Shown: piece after piece, positions 38,483 to 53,020 of the stretch
How positions within the stretch are numbered: position 1 is the stretch's first letter
How the letters are laid out: the number at the start of each line of letters is the position of its first letter
From: Felis catus
Lineage: Eukaryota
DNA length: 64,000 bases
Direction: 5' to 3'
Assembly: GCF_018350175.1 (NCBI RefSeq)
Contig: NC_058373.1
Coordinates: 118,050,001-118,114,000 of the forward strand
Translations under genes and position numbers: made by a program
The notes under the pieces: model-generated
The model's input: the letters and a program-made list of their open reading frames with translations, nothing else
What the model was told of the DNA's origin: nothing
Databases searched by the model: none

Positions 38483-41400
38483 CACGAGTGTGATTGTGGG
38501 GGCTGGGGGGGGGGGGTGGCGCAGAGAGAGAGGGAGACAGAAGATCCGCAGCAGGCTCTGTGATGTGGGGCTCCAGCCAAAAATCAAGAGTCGGCCGCTT
38601 AACCCACTGAGCCACCCAGGTGCCCCTAAAGTTCATTTTTTAAAGTTGTAATAAGCACCCCTAAACCTGTGGAAAATGGTTGCCTCCAAGGAGTAGAACT
38701 AAGGTGAGGTAAAATGGAAGACTTTACTTAAACATATTTGAGGGCGGCCGGGTGGCTCAGTCTGTCAAGCGCTCCAACTTCAGCTCAGGTCATGATCTCA
38801 CGGTCTGTGAGTTTGAGCCCCACATCAGACTCTCCGCTGTCGGCACAGAACCTGCTTCAGATCTTCTGTCTTCCTCTCTCTCTACTCCTTCCTGCCCCCC
38901 TCTCTCTCAAATAAAAGTAAAAAATAAATAAATAAATAAAACACGTTTGTACTTTTTTTGGAAGATTTAATTTTTTTTAATTTTTTCTTTTAGATGTTTA
39001 TTTTTGAGACAGAGCATGAGCGGGGAAGGTGCAGAGAGAGGCAGACACAGACTCTGAAGCAGGCCCCAGGCTCGGAGCTGTCAGCACAGAGCCCGACGCA
39101 GGGCTCAAACTCATGAACTATGAGATCATGACCTGAGCTGAAATCTGACTCCCAACCAACTGAGCCACCCAGGCGCCCCCAAATTTTAAGTAATCTCTAC
39201 AACCAACGTGGGGCTTGAACCCACAACCTGGAGATCAAGAGTCACATGCTCCATCTACTGAGCCAGCCAGTGCCCCAAAACAAATTTGTACTCTTGAGGT
39301 TTTTACTATGTAAGTGCAATATGTCAATACTACTACTAATAATAATAAGGTAGTTTATTTTTATTTAACAGATAATTGAAATTATCAGACCTGTTTCTGT
39401 TGTTTTTGTTCATTCTCATTCTTTGTGTGCTTATTTTTTTACTATGAGCCGCATTCTACTTGGAAAATTATTTGTGGGAATTCTTTGAGGCCTAGGATAA
39501 AGTTTCATTCCTCCAGAGAGGATTTCCTTTTGCTTCTGCCAGGAAGGACCACTTTTTTTTTTTTTTAATGTTTATTTTTTTACTTGAGAAAGAGAGAGGG
39601 AGGGAGGGGCAGAGAGAGAGGAAGACAGCAAATCCCAAGCAGGCTTGGCGCTGTGGGCACAAGACCCCATCTGGGGGTTCAAACTCATGAAGCGTAAGGT
39701 GGTGACCTGATCTGAGATCAAGAGTCAGATGCTTAACCAACTGAGCCACCCAGGCGCCTCTAGGAGGGACCACTTTAAGTTGTAGTCACTGCTTAGGAGT
39801 TTTTTAAATTTTTTTTTTAAGTTTGTTTATTTTTGAGATGGGGGGGGGGAGGCAGAGAGAGAGGGAGGGAGACACAAAATCCGAAGCAGGATCCAGGCTC
39901 TGACCTGTCAACACAGAGCCCAACTGAGGCAAGGCTCGAACTCATGAACTGCGAGATCATGACTTGAATCAAAGTTGGACACTTAACCGACTGAGCTACC
40001 CAGGCTCCATTGTTTGGGATTTTTTTAAACCACCAGGAAACGTGTATTGGGAGGGTTCTCTTATGGGTCCAGTGCCCCCTCTAACTCCCCTCAATCTCCT
40101 CCTTCCAAGACAACATTCTTTCCAGTCTGTTCAGTGGGGGTCTATTTATGTACAATTTACCCTTTTGCTGAAATTATAGCCCCTTGAGGCCCCAGCTTTA
40201 GACTTCCCACTCCCACCCTGGGCTTTGTCTTCTGTCCCAAAGGCCTAGAAAAGCCAAGCTTAAGTGCCAATTAAGGAACATGCCCCAGGGTAAGAGTGAC
40301 ATCATTGCTCTACTTACTGTCTAGATCCTGCCTTCACCTAGATTTTAGTCTTTATAATTAACGTATCTTCTTGTTGACTCTTCAATATTTTATCAACATT
40401 TTTTGTTGTTTTCAGCAGGGTGAACTCTTTGCCATATTCTGAGCCATATTACAAAAAAGAAACAATCATGCTAGTGGTTAGCTCAGAGAGGGAACTGATA
40501 TGATCAGGGCATATGGGCTTCTGGGTGTTGGCAACGTTCAGCTCTTAACCTGGGTGGTGGCTGCACCAATCTTCACTTGATAAACTTGCTTTAGATCATG
40601 GATCTTTTGCATTCTTTTTTTTTTTTTTTTTTAATGCTTGTTTATTTTTGAGAGAGGGGTGGAGAGGGGCAGAGAGAGAGAGGGAGACAGAGGATCCAAG
40701 TGGGTTCTGCACTCACAGTAGAGAGTACGACATGGGGCTCAAACTCACAAACTGTGAGATCATGACCTGAGCTGAAGTCGGATGTTTAAACCACTGAGCC
40801 ACCTATGCGCTCTGTGTCTTTTGCATTCTTCCGTCTGTATATCTTTCTCGCTCCATAAAAGATAAAAAAAATTTAATTTTAATTAGGAAAAAAGTAAAGT
40901 AAAAGGTAACATAAAAGTAAATTCTACAAGGTAAACAAACCAAGCCCTTGGACTTAATAGAATCATTTCCTGAAGTCATTCAACATAACATTTTAGGGGT
41001 GGCTGGGTGGTTCAGTCGGTTGAGCTTCCAACTTGGCTCAAGCTGTGATCTCATGGTTCATGAGTTTGAGCCCTGAATCAGGCTCACTGCTGTCAGCACA
41101 GAGCCTGCTTTGGCTCCTCTGCCCCTCCCCTGCTCATGCCTCCTCTCAAAAATAAAACAAACATTAAAAAAATAATAATAACATTTTAAAGATCTCGACA
41201 AGGGGCACCTAGCTGCTGGCTCAGTTGGTAGAGCATGTGACTCATTCTTGGGGTTGTGAGTCCAAGCCCCACATTGGGGATAGAGATTACAGTAAAAAAA
41301 AAAAATCTTAATAATATTTAACTACAATTTCAGGAAATACAAAACAAGTACAAGACAAATTTCCAGGCTTGTGCCCTTAAAGGGAGACCTTAATATAAAC

Positions 41401-41602
41401 AAACAGACACACACACAACTGATCTTTAGCTATTAAAATATACATTTCTGGGGTGCCTGGGTGATTCAGTAGATTAAGTGTCTGACTCTTGGTTTCAGCT
41501 CAGGTCATTATCTCACAGTTTGTGAGTTCGAGCCCCACATCGGGATCTGTGCTAGCAGCTCAGATCCTGCTTGGGATTGTCTCTCGCTCTGCCTCTCGTG
41601 TG

Positions 41603-41647
<45 letters not shown>

Positions 41648-41681
41648 AAATAAACCTTAAAAAAAATAAAATAAAATACAC

Positions 41682-41806
41682 ATTTCTAAGTGGCTGCATC
41701 AAGATATTCAATGTGGAATAGGAAAAGTGTATTTCCCAGATAGTGCTGAGAGATGACATTCATTTCCTTGGTAAATTTGCCAGAGCCCAAAATCCAACCT
41801 TCAGTC
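41682..41806 (-). pseudogene. Candidate pseudo-exon E (about 125 nt, phase 0 to 2), after an 84-nt intron
   Basis: ttctgtatatatag|GAC; D*RLDFGLWQIYQGNECHLSALSGKYTFPIPH*IS*CSHLE. Donor position is uncertain. Confidence 0.45.
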
Positions 41807-41890
41807 CTATATATACAGAACTTTTATTTTATCACCCACCAAGAGTGAATCAGTCTCTCTCTGGGATAAATACACACTAAACAATCTTAC

Positions 41891-41989
41891 CAGATTGAGA
41901 ATGCCAATCCAATCGTTCACGATGAAATATTGTTGTCACTCAGGCCGTAATGCTCAAACCTCACACAGCACATTTGTTGGAGAAGCCTG
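41891..41989 (-). pseudogene. Candidate pseudo-exon D (99 nt, phase 0 to 0)
   Basis: caccttttcag|CAG...CTG|gtaaga; QASPTNVLCEV*ALRPE*QQYFIVNDWIGILNL. Both stops are TGA, consistent with CGA decay. Confidence 0.5.
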
Positions 41990-42439
41990 CTGAAAAGGTG
42001 CTTGGGGAGTATGGAATCAGAACAAAAGAAAAATAGTCAGAGTCATTGAATATTTATGACAAAAGGCTAACGTGTACAGACCTCTTATTAGAGACAGTCT
42101 TGCCCAGGGAACCAGACACTAAATTCTAAAGTTTCCTTTCTCTTTGACGTTATGTGGTTACCCACCAAGACAGAACTCAGAAAGTCACTCTGTATTTAAG
42201 AAGAAAGCTAATTGATTGAATAGCTGTTAGGTATCTTAGACTTGCTGCGGAGTTTGGAACATCAGGCTCAAAAACTGGTCAGGGACAAGGGAAGCAGTTA
42301 GCAAGAATTACAACCAAGTTCTCACCATGTGAGGCCAGGGGATGATGCCATCATTGTCATTGTCATTGTCTCCACTGAATACCTCTTCCAACTCACTCTC
42401 TGTGGTACTGCCCCCACGGCACTCTCAATGACAGCAACA

Positions 42440-42970
42440 GTGATAAGCAGAATAATGTTAAAGATGTCCACATCCTAATCCTTGTAACCTGTAGATATGT
42501 TACATCATATGGCGAAAGGGACTTTGCACATGTGACTGAAGTTAAGGATCTTGATATGGGAAGAGTATCTTGGGTTATGCGGGTGGGCCTGATCTAATCA
42601 CAGAGCAGACAACCTTTCCCAGCTGTCTGTCCTAGACAGACGTGATGACAGAAACAGAGTTACTGGCTTTGAAGATGGAGAAAGGGAACCAAGAGCTAAG
42701 GAACCCTGGCGGGGGAGGAGAAGGGCAGCGGGTAGAGGCTGGAAAGCTCAAGGAAACAGTTTAGTTCTTACAGACTCAGGAAGGAACACAGCCTTGCCAA
42801 CACCTTGGTTTTACTCCAGTAAACTTATATCCAACTTCTGATAAACTGTAGAACCGTAGGGGCAGCTCTTCCTGTCCACGGGTCCTGTCCCCTTGCTTTA
42901 AAACACCTTTTAAAAAATGTATAAGATAATAAATCTGTGTTGTTTTAAGCCAGTGTGGTAATTTGTGCAC
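42440..42970 (+). mobile_element. MLT1D/E-like LTR inserted in an older MLT1-like element (~42150-43180)
   Basis: aaagatgtccacatcctaatc..gactttgcacatgtgact..ggctttgaagatggag..ttttaagcca..ggtaatttgt. Confidence 0.7.
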
Positions 42971-43386
42971 TTTTATTCAGACTCTCTCTCAAGATTCAAA
43001 ATCCTAGGCAGGAAGATCTAATGTCTCGCATAGATCACATACCTATGCCCTGGATATAAGCAAAGTGTTAAGAGGGAGGATTTTTCTCTTGAATTCCAGA
43101 ATGAGAGACATGACATGGTGAAGGATTACCCACAAATACAAAGGGAGGTTAGCTGTTGGACCATAAAATAACAGATTAGTGGCCATCCTGGATTTTGCCA
43201 AGAGCACCTTGCTTTATCTATACATAAATGGTTAAGTTTACTCCACTTCTGTTTTTCTTATATATGATAATACATTTCACCAGGTTATATTTATGTCCTG
43301 CCAACGTATGACCTGCATCTTTCTTCCATTAGTTAAGACAGAAGTCACAAATCGAACTGCCTTAATCAATAAAAGTACTGGCTCAC

Positions 43387-43431
43387 GGTACTCAACAATC
43401 TGGGCAATTACACTTGCAGCAAACGCCCAAT
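43387..43431 (-). pseudogene. Candidate pseudo-exon C (45 nt, phase 0 to 0)
   Basis: atttgattcctag|ATT...ACC|gtgagc; IGRLLQV*LPRLLST. Confidence 0.45.
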
Positions 43432-44268
43432 CTAGGAATCAAATAATATGCTTAGGACCTTGTTTCCCTCTCTACTTCTCAGCTTTGGACACGCACTCAG
43501 CCAATTTTTGACAAAGGTGCAAAAGTAATCCAACACAGGAAGGATACTAGAGGAAGGATGGTGCTGGAACAATTGGACAAGAAGCAGGCAAAGAATTAAC
43601 TTCAACTTAAACCTCGTATGTAATTACACAAAAAATTAATTCAAAACTGGAAGAGTATGCAACCCTTTTTTTTTTTTAATGCAACTCTTGACTCCAGGGT
43701 TGTAAATTAGAGCCCCACGTTGGGTGTAGAGATTATTTAAAGATAAACCTTTAAAAAATTATTTCAAAACTGATTATATATATTTTTTAATGCTTATTTA
43801 TTTTGGGGAGACAAAGAGACAGAGTGGGGGAGGGGCAGAGAGAGAGAGGAAAACAGAATCAGAAGCAGGCTCCAGGCTCTGAGCTATCAGCACAGAGCCC
43901 GACACGGGGTTTGAACTCACGAACTGTGAGATGATCATGACCTGAGCTGAAGTCAGACGCTTAACTGACTGAACCACCCAGGCGCCCCAAAAATGATCAT
44001 AGATTTAAATGTAAGAGGCAAAACCACTTTTAGAAGGAAACATGAGAAAATCCAGGACCAAGCTGGGTGAAGAGTTCTTAGGCATGATACCAAAAACACA
44101 AATCATAAGAGAAAATTGATATAAAAGAAAAAGACCTCAACCATGTCCTAACTAACTTGGATGTAAATTATAAAAATAAATAAATTATATCAAAGAAAAA
44201 AAAAGAAAAGAAAAAGACATCATCAAATGAAAGCTTTTTCTTTGTGAAAAGGCCCTTGGTAACCATAC

Positions 44269-44368
44269 CATGAGGTGAGAAAATAAACCAAAAATACAGC
44301 CCAAAGTTGTATTCAACACAGGAATTCAGGCAGTATTCAAACATTACCCATTATTTTTACTACTAAGG
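44269..44368 (-). pseudogene. Candidate pseudo-exon B (100 nt, phase 2 to 0)
   Basis: ttgttttag|C...CTCATG|gtatgg; (S)LSSKNNG*CLNTA*IPVLNTTLGCIFGLFSHLM. Confidence 0.45.
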
Positions 44369-45183
44369 CTAAAACAATTATGTCATTTGGAACTGCAGAA
44401 TGATTAACTTTATTGAAGCTCTTTAGCAGGTAGAGAAGGCAAAATAGATACCTTTTAAAGTATCTTCTCAGTGGATAATTACTTTCTCTTTCTCTGAAAA
44501 CTGCCACATTGACTCACAGAGGTGGGTCCCAATCAATAACATTTGTATTCTATCAGCCTAATCCCTAGCTGTGCCAATCAGACCCTCTGCTCCAGGGAAT
44601 TTGGAATTGATGCCCAAAAACAATGAACAGGGTGGACATTTGCTACTGAGAGTGTACCCTAAATGTAATATCTTCCCTATGTTTGGAGATACACCTATTT
44701 GTATAAGTGTGGATGAGACATTTGTTCAACCAGTGGGCTGACCAAGGACCATAAGTCTGGAGCAATGGCAAAAAATAAGTAAATAAAAGGAACAGTTTGG
44801 AATTCAGAATGAAACTTCTATTTTTTTTAATTTTTTTCTAATGTTTATGAATTTTTGAGAGAGGAGACAGAGAGACATGACACGAGCAGGGGAGGGGCAG
44901 AGAGAGGGAGACACTGAATCGGAAGCAGGCTCTAGGCTCTGAACTGTCAGCACAGACTTCTATTTTTAAGAGTATGCCTGACTTGATATTCTAAAAATGC
45001 TTATGTAGAAGAATATTCAGATGTTGGATAAACTACGCAAATATACATTTACATGCATTGCTAGGGTGCCTGGGTGGCTCAGTTAGTTGAGTGTCTGACT
45101 CAGTTTCAGCTCAGGTCATGATCCCAGGGTCACGGGATCAAGCCCTGCATTGAGCTTCATGCTGAGTGTGAAACCTGCTTGAG

Positions 45184-45252
<69 letters not shown>

Positions 45253-47209
45253 TGCCCCTCTCCCCTGCTCATGGTCTCTCTCTAAAAAAATAAAATAAAT
45301 CTTTAAAAAAAAAAAAGGAAAGTATAAAATCCCAAAGTAGTAAGTTTGTGGGGAAGCCTCAGGAGCCTATCCTAGAGTCATGATAACTAATAATTAGATA
45401 GGAGAATAGGAAAATAAGTCTTGGGCAATAAAAGAGAGCCCTTGAAGAACAGAGCTTAGAGCCTCAACAGGCTGAGTGAAAGGGTGCGCTAGAAAAAAAT
45501 TTGCCTGCGGGCAAAGGAATCAAAAAAGAAACCTGTCTTACTGTTGGTGACTCCAGGTAGACTATACTAGAATCATGATAATGCTACTGCTAATAATAGT
45601 GATAATGATAGTCTTTACCGAGAATTTGTAAACATAGTTTTACCCTCATGAAGGTCTGAGTTTGAAATGAAGTGATCCCAAGCTGGTAGTGCCCAGTGGC
45701 ACATAGCAAGTATAAATGAAAACCCGCTCTGGAAGAATCTTCAACCTAGGCTCCTTGGTTTTGTCGCAGATAAATCTAGGCTAACTATGAACTCAAAAAC
45801 AAGCCCCCATGAATAGGAATCTGCAAAAAGCGAGGTATTTTTACCTCTGAGATTCCCAGCTATTATAATTATCAAATATATTGATTATATAGAGAAAAAT
45901 ATTGAATCACTTGATAAAACTACCGAGAAATCATAAAAAAAAAAAGAGGCAGAATTTCTAAGGAGAAAATACAAAACTGATCTTAAAAAGTCAATGGCGG
46001 GGGGGGGCGCCTGGGTGGCTCAGTCAGTTAAGTGTCCGACTTCAACTCAGATCATGATCTCATGGTCCATGGGTTCGAGCCCCACGTCGGGCTCTGTGCT
46101 GACAGCTCAGAGCCTGGAGCCTGTTTCAGATTCTGTGTGTCTCTCTCTCTCTGCCCCTCTTCAGCTCATACACACACTCTCTCTCTCTCTCAAAAATAAA
46201 TAAACAAACAAACAAAAAAAAAGTCAATGGACTTCTTTTTGGCCATGATGGAATAATGGGAACCACTTTAAGCAGCTAGGGAACTAGACAAGGTATATGA
46301 AATAATGACTTTGAGACAAAAGACATTAATCTCCACCAAAAAAAGAACAAGTGAGGTGAGCCATACAATTGCTAATTGCCCCAGTGTTACAACCTGGAGA
46401 GAATTTCCAGGTGCAGTGCAGGGAGGGAGAACCCAAGCTGATCGTAGCAATTTCACCTAGTTAAAGAGACAGAGTTCAGAGGAAGGTGAGGTGAGAGGAA
46501 CTAGAATTTTAGGGCGAAATACAAAGAAAAAGAGAATTTCAGGGAGAACTCAGGAGGTGTATAGATCCATTAAGTGGAATTTTAATTTATAACCATCCCA
46601 GAAAGGCAATTCCATCCCCAGATGACTTTTTTTAAATCATTTTTTTAATGTTTATCTATTTTTGAGAGGCAGACAGAGTGCGAATGGGGGAGGGACAGAG
46701 CGAGAGGGAAACACAGAATCCTAAACAGGCTCCAGGCTCCGAGCTGTCTGCACAGAGCCTGATGCCTGGCTGGAAGTCACGACCATGAGATAACGACCCA
46801 AGCTGAAGTCAGACACTTAGCCAACTGAGCCATCCAGGCACCCCCTCCCCCCAATCCCAGATGACTCTACTGGTGAATTCTATTAAACACTTATGGGGGC
46901 ACCTGGATGGCTCAGTTGGTTGAGCAGCCAGCTCTTAATTTCCAGCTGGGGTCATGATCCCAGGGTCATGGGATCAGCCTCATTGGGATCTGTGCTGAGC
47001 ATGGAGCCTGCTTGGGATTCTCTCTATCTCCCTCTCTGCTCCTCTACCCCATTTGTGCTCTCTTTCTCTTTCTCTCTCTCTCTCTAAACAAAACAAAACA
47101 AAACAAAACAAAACAAAACAAAACAAAACAAAACACTTACGGAAGAAATAATATAATTCTACACAAATTCTTCCAAAAAAATATAAAGGGAAGGAGCACT
47201 TTCCAACTT

Positions 47210-47886
47210 ATTTTATTTTATTGAGGTATAATCAGCATATAACATTTATGTCAGGTGTTTGTATACATTGTGAAATGAGCACCACAACAAGTCTAGTTAA
47301 CATCCATCACCATCCGAAATTACAAAACTTCTTTTCTTGTGATGAGAAATTTTAAGATTTACTCTTAGTGACTTTCAAATAGGCCCACAAACTCACACCC
47401 CTAAGATCAAGACCTAAGCTAAGACCAAGAGTCTGGGGCTTAACCGACTGAGCTACCCAGACTCCCCTATAACTGGAAGTTTGTACCTTTTGACTTCCCT
47501 CACCCATTTTACACACACCACCCTACCCTTAGGCAACCACCAGTCTTTTCTCTGTATCTATCAGTTTTGTTTGTTTTAGATTCCACATAAAAGTGCAATC
47601 ATACAGTAATTTTATTTCACTTAAAACAATGCCCTCCAGGTCCATCGGTATTGTTGCAAATGGCAAGATTTCATTCTGTTTTATGATTGAATAATACTCC
47701 ATTGTGTATATATACCACACTTTATCCATTCATCCATTTATGAGCATTTAGGTTGTTTCCATATATTGGCTGTAGTAAATACTGCTGCAATGATGCAGCA
47801 TTTATATTTAACATTTTCAAGTTAGTTTTTTTCCTTTAATAAAATTTTTTAAAGTTTATTTTTGAGAAAGAGAAAGCATGAGCAGG

Positions 47887-47917
<31 letters not shown>

Positions 47918-48650
47918 AGCAAGCATCCCAAGCAGGCTCCTTACTGTCAGCACATAGGCTGATGTGGGGCTCGAACCCACTAATCATGAGATCATGACCT
48001 GAGCAGAAACCAAGAGTCCGACACTTAACCACCCAGGCACCCCTCAAGTTAGTTTTTTTTTTCCTTCATTTTCTTCAGATAATTACACAGAAGCTGGATC
48101 ATATGGTAGTTTTATTTTTAATTTTAGGGGGAACCTCCATACTGTTTTCCATAGTGACTGCACCAATTTACATTCCCAACCATCAGTGCCCAAGGGCTCT
48201 CTTTTTTCCACATCCTCATGACCACTTGTTATATCTTGTCTTTTTAATAATAGCCTTTCTGACAGGGGTGAGATGATATCTCTTTGAAGTTTTGATTTGC
48301 ATTTCCCTAATTATTTGTATTGTTGAGCGCCTTTTTTATGTACCTCTTGGCCAACTGTATGAAAATAATATTCTATTTTGCTATTGAGTTGTAGGAGTTC
48401 TTTACATATTTTGGAATTAACCCCTTATCAAATATATGATTTGCAAATATTTTCTCCCATTCGGTAGGTTGCCCTTTCATTTTGTTGACGGTTTCCTTTG
48501 CTGTGCAGAAACTTTTGAGTTTGATGGAGTCCCACTTGTTTACTTTTGCTTTTGTTAATTTTTCTTTTGGTGTCAAGCCCCCCAAAATTGACTAAGACCA
48601 ATGTCAAGCTTACCACCTATATTTTCTCCTAGGAGTTTTATGGTTTCAGG
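47210..48650 (-). mobile_element. L1 (L1MA-like) 3' fragment, interrupted by SINEs
   Basis: Decayed ORF2 C-terminal peptides [39 protein letters not shown] and MDKVWYIYTMEYYS. Confidence 0.88.
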
Positions 48651-48964
48651 AGAAAAAAATTGCATTTACAATAGCATCAAAAAGAATAAACTACTTAGGA
48701 ATAAAGTTAACCAAGGAGATGCAAGACTTGTAGGCTGAAAACTACAAAACATTACTAAAAGAAATTTGAAAAGACAGGGAAGCCTGGGTGGGGTGGCTCA
48801 GTTAGTTGGGCGTCTGACTCTTGATTTCAGCTCAGGTCATGATCTCATGGTTCGTGGGATCAAGCCCCAGTCCCACATAGAGCTCCACGCTGACAGCTGA
48901 CATCATGGAGCATGCTTGAGATTCTCTCTCTCCCTCTCTCTCTCTGCCTCTCCCCTGCTCGTGT

Positions 48965-48995
<31 letters not shown>

Positions 48996-49266
48996 TGCTC
49001 TCTCAAAATAAGTAAATAAACTTTAAAAAGAAGAGTTAAAAAAAAAGAAATATAGAACGATAAATGGGGGCACTTGGGTGTCTCAGTTGGTTGAATGTCT
49101 GACTTTTGATTTTGGCTCAGGTCATGATCTCACGGTTCATGGGTTCAAGCCCCTAGTTGGGCTCAGCGCTGGGCATGGAGCCTGCCTAAGATTCTCTCTC
49201 TCCCTCTCCTTCTGCCCCTCCCCTCTCTGCATGCCTGCATGCACACTCTTTCTCTCTAATAATTAA

Positions 49267-49297
<31 letters not shown>

Positions 49298-50452
49298 ATA
49301 TCTTAAATCTCTCTCTCAAAAAAATCTTAAAAGAAAGAAATGTAGATCAATGGAATAGAATTGGGAGTCCATAATGAACCCATCCATTTTTGTCAGTTGA
49401 TTTTTAAAAAATGTTTATTTATTTATTTTTGAGAGAGAGAGAGAGAGAGAAAAAGCAGGGAGGGGCAGAGAGAGAATCCCAAGAATCCCAAGAGAACAGA
49501 CCCCATGAACCGTGAGATCATGACCTCTTGAGTCAAAATCAAGAGTCTGATGCTTAACTAACTGAACCACCCAGGCACCCCTGTTCAACTGATTTTTGAC
49601 AAGAGTTCCAAACTGTCCAATGAAGGAAAGAATAGCCTTTCCAACAATTGGTGCAGAGATAACTGGATATCCATGCAAAACATTGAATTTGGATCCCTAT
49701 ATCACAATACAAAATCAACTCAAATTAATCCCAGACCTAAAGAAGTTAAAAGTATAAAACTTTTAGGAAAAGTATAGGTATAAGTCCTCATGACCCTGTG
49801 ATAAGATCTGAGTATTTGTAACCCTCCAAAATTCATATGTTGAAATTCTGACCCCTGAAGCTGATGGTATTAGTAGGCTGGGCCTTTGAGGGGTGATTAG
49901 GTCATGTGGAATGGGGCTCTAGCGAATGGGATTCGTCTCATAAAAGACATCCCACAGCTCCTTCTGCCGTATGAGGATACAGTAAGTCTGCAACTGGGAA
50001 GAGTGGCCTCACCTGACCATGCTGGCAACCTGATCTCGGACTTTTAGCTTTCAGAACTGTGAGCAATAAAAATCAGCTGTGTGTAAGCTACCCAGCCAGT
50101 GGGTGTATTTGTGACCTGAACAGACCACGATAATTTATATTGGGCAATAGTCTCTTAAATATGACACGAAAAGCATAAGCAAAGAAAAAATAGGTAGATT
50201 GGACTTCATCAAAATTAAAAACTTGCATGAATCACGGGACGCCTAGCTGGCTGAGTTGGTAGAGCCTGCAACTCTTGATCTTGGGTTTGTAGGCTCGAGC
50301 CCCATACTGGGTATAGAGATTACTTAAAAAAAATAAAATCTTTTGGGGTGCCTGGGTGGCTCAGTCGGTTGAGTGGTTGAGGTCATATCTCATGGTTTGT
50401 GGGTTTGAGCCCCATGTCAGATTTTGCACTGACAGAGCACAGCCTGCTTTGG

Positions 50453-50502
<50 letters not shown>

Positions 50503-50640
50503 CCTCCCCAGCTCACCCTCTCTCTTTCAAAAAATAAACATTAAATTTTTTTTTAATAAAATCTTTTAAAAAACAGAACTTGCTTGGGATTCTCTGTCTT
50601 CCCCTCACTGCCTCTCCACTACTCATTCTCTATCTCAAAA

Positions 50641-50695
<55 letters not shown>

Positions 50696-50913
50696 ACAAA
50701 CAAACATTTTTTAAAAATGGAAAAAGGGCAGTGTCTGGGTGGCTCAGTCAGTTGAGTGTTCGACTTCGGCTCAGGTTATAATCTCACTGTTCACGAGTCT
50801 GAGCCCCGAATGGGGCTCTGTTGCTGACAGCTCAGAATCTGGAACCTGTTTCAGATTCTGTGTCTCCCTTCAGATTCTGTGTCTTCCTCTCTCTCTGCCC
50901 CTCCCCCACTTGT

Positions 50914-50955
<42 letters not shown>

Positions 50956-51750
50956 TCAAAAATAAAAATGAAACATACAAAAAAAATTTTTAATGGGAAA
51001 ATGATTTAAGTAGGTGTTTCTCCAAAGAAGATATACAAATGGCCAATAAACACATGAAAAGGTGCTCAGCATCATTAGTCATGAGAGAAATGCTAATCAA
51101 AACCCTAATGATCTCGCTTCACATCAAGCAGGAAAGGTATAATTGGGAAAAAAAAGCCCAAAGAATAACAAGTGCTGGCAATGGTGTAGACAAACAGAAC
51201 CCTCAAACCTCACTGGTGGGAACGTAAAGTGGCACAGCTGCTATGAAAACCAGTTTGGCATTTCTTTAAAAAGTTAAACATAGAACTACCATATGATCCC
51301 ACAGTCCTACTTCCAGTGACATAGCCAAGAGAACTGAAAACACGTTCAAGCAAAAACTTGCACGCAAATGCACATAGTACCATTATTCATGGGGGAAGCA
51401 ACCCAAGTGTCCATCCACTGATGAATGGTTAAATAATACGTGGCATATTCATACCACAGCGTATTCTTTAGCCTAAAAAGGAATGAAGTGCTGTCAATGA
51501 AGTGGCGTAAGATGGCTGAACCTTGAAGGCAAACTAAACGAAAGGAGACAGACACAAAAGGTCACATGTTCTGTGATTCCATTTATAGGAAGTGCCCAGA
51601 ATAAGCACATCCATAGAGACAGGAAGCTGGTTAGTGGTTGCCAGGAGCTGTGGGGAGTGGGTCATAAGTAGTGACTACCCAATGTGTATGAAATTTCTAT
51701 TTGGGGTGATGAAAATGTCCTGGATGGTGATGATAGTTGCAAAAACAAGG
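48650..51750 (+). mobile_element. L1MB-like ORF2/3' fragments interrupted by many CanSINEs and an MLT1A-like LTR (~49808-50130)
   Basis: [18 protein letters not shown] peptide; L1 motifs catttacaatagcatcaaaaagaataaactacttaggaata and gatcaatggaatagaattg. Confidence 0.82.
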
Positions 51751-52770
51751 GAGGTGGTAAGTGTAGTTTTGCCCATGGTGGGTTTGAAGTGCCCAGGGAA
51801 TATTCCCAGTGGAGGTACTTAGTAGGTAGCTGCCCAATAAGAGAAGGGAACTGAAATGATATAGGCTACAGAAATAGACCTGGGAAGAGATGGTTGTTGA
51901 AGCCCTAAGAGTAAAGAGTTCGCTGTGGAATCATTAGAGTAGGGAGGGGAAGCCTTACAGAAGATCAACATTTTAAGATATGAGCATAAGAGGACCTTCC
52001 AAAGGAGAATGAACAAGAGGAAGCAGAGAGGTAGGAGGAAGAGTGTGGGACACAGAAGCCAAGGAAAGAGTGCAGTGGTCAGAAACCTTACATGCTAGAA
52101 AAGTAAAATAAGATAAAGGCGAAGAAATGTCCATTGGGCTTAGCAAAAAGTAGATGTAGTTTTATTGGATTGGTGGAGACCGGGTTCAGATAACAGTTAT
52201 TGAAAAAGGTACCTTTAGGGATGCCTGGGTGGCTCAGGTGGTTAAGTGTCTCTATTGTTTTTTTAATGAAAAAAATTTTTTTAATGTTTATTTACTTTTG
52301 AGGGAGGGAGAGAGAGAAAAAAGAGAGAGAGAGGGAGAGAGAAGAGCAGGGAGGAGCAGAAAGAGAGGGAGACACAGAATCAAGAGCAGGCTCCAGGCTG
52401 ACAGTCCACAGTCCACATGGGGCTCAAACCCACAAACCGCGAGATCATGACCTGAGCCTAAGTCGGACACTTAATTGACTGAGCCACCCAGGCGCCCCAA
52501 GCATCTGACCTCTGATTTCAGGTCATGATCTCATGGTTCATGAATTCCAGCCCCACAACAGGCTCCGTGTTGAAAGCACAGAGTCTGCTTGGGACTCTCT
52601 CACTCTCCCTCTCTCTTCTGCCCCTCCCATGCATGTTCTCTCTCTCTCTCTCTCTCAAAATAAATAAATAAACTTAAAAGAAAGAGAAAAAATTCCTTTA
52701 TTACAGAAAGTCAGAGATATAAAAGTTAAATTAAATGTCATTGTCTCCCATTAGAATGTTTTATACATAC

Positions 52771-52802
<32 letters not shown>

Positions 52803-52979
52803 CAAGTTTAAACTATTTGTAGAAATGTAATTGATATAGCCCTTTTGAAGAGCTATTTGGTATTATCTGTTCCAATTTAGAAATTAGCATAGCCTTCCAC
52901 CTTGCCTTGATATCAGTTCTAGAGAATTATAGACAAATATTTCATGTATTTTTTTCAAATTTTTAAATGTTTATTTCCA

Positions 52980-53020
<41 letters not shown>

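Noticed and set aside
43217..43435. About 73-codon stop-free minus frame DWAFAASVIAQIVEYREPVLLL...
   Set aside because: It has no start codon and is out of phase with the neighbouring pseudo-exons, so the 45-nt phase-0 reading was preferred. Worth including as an alternative query.
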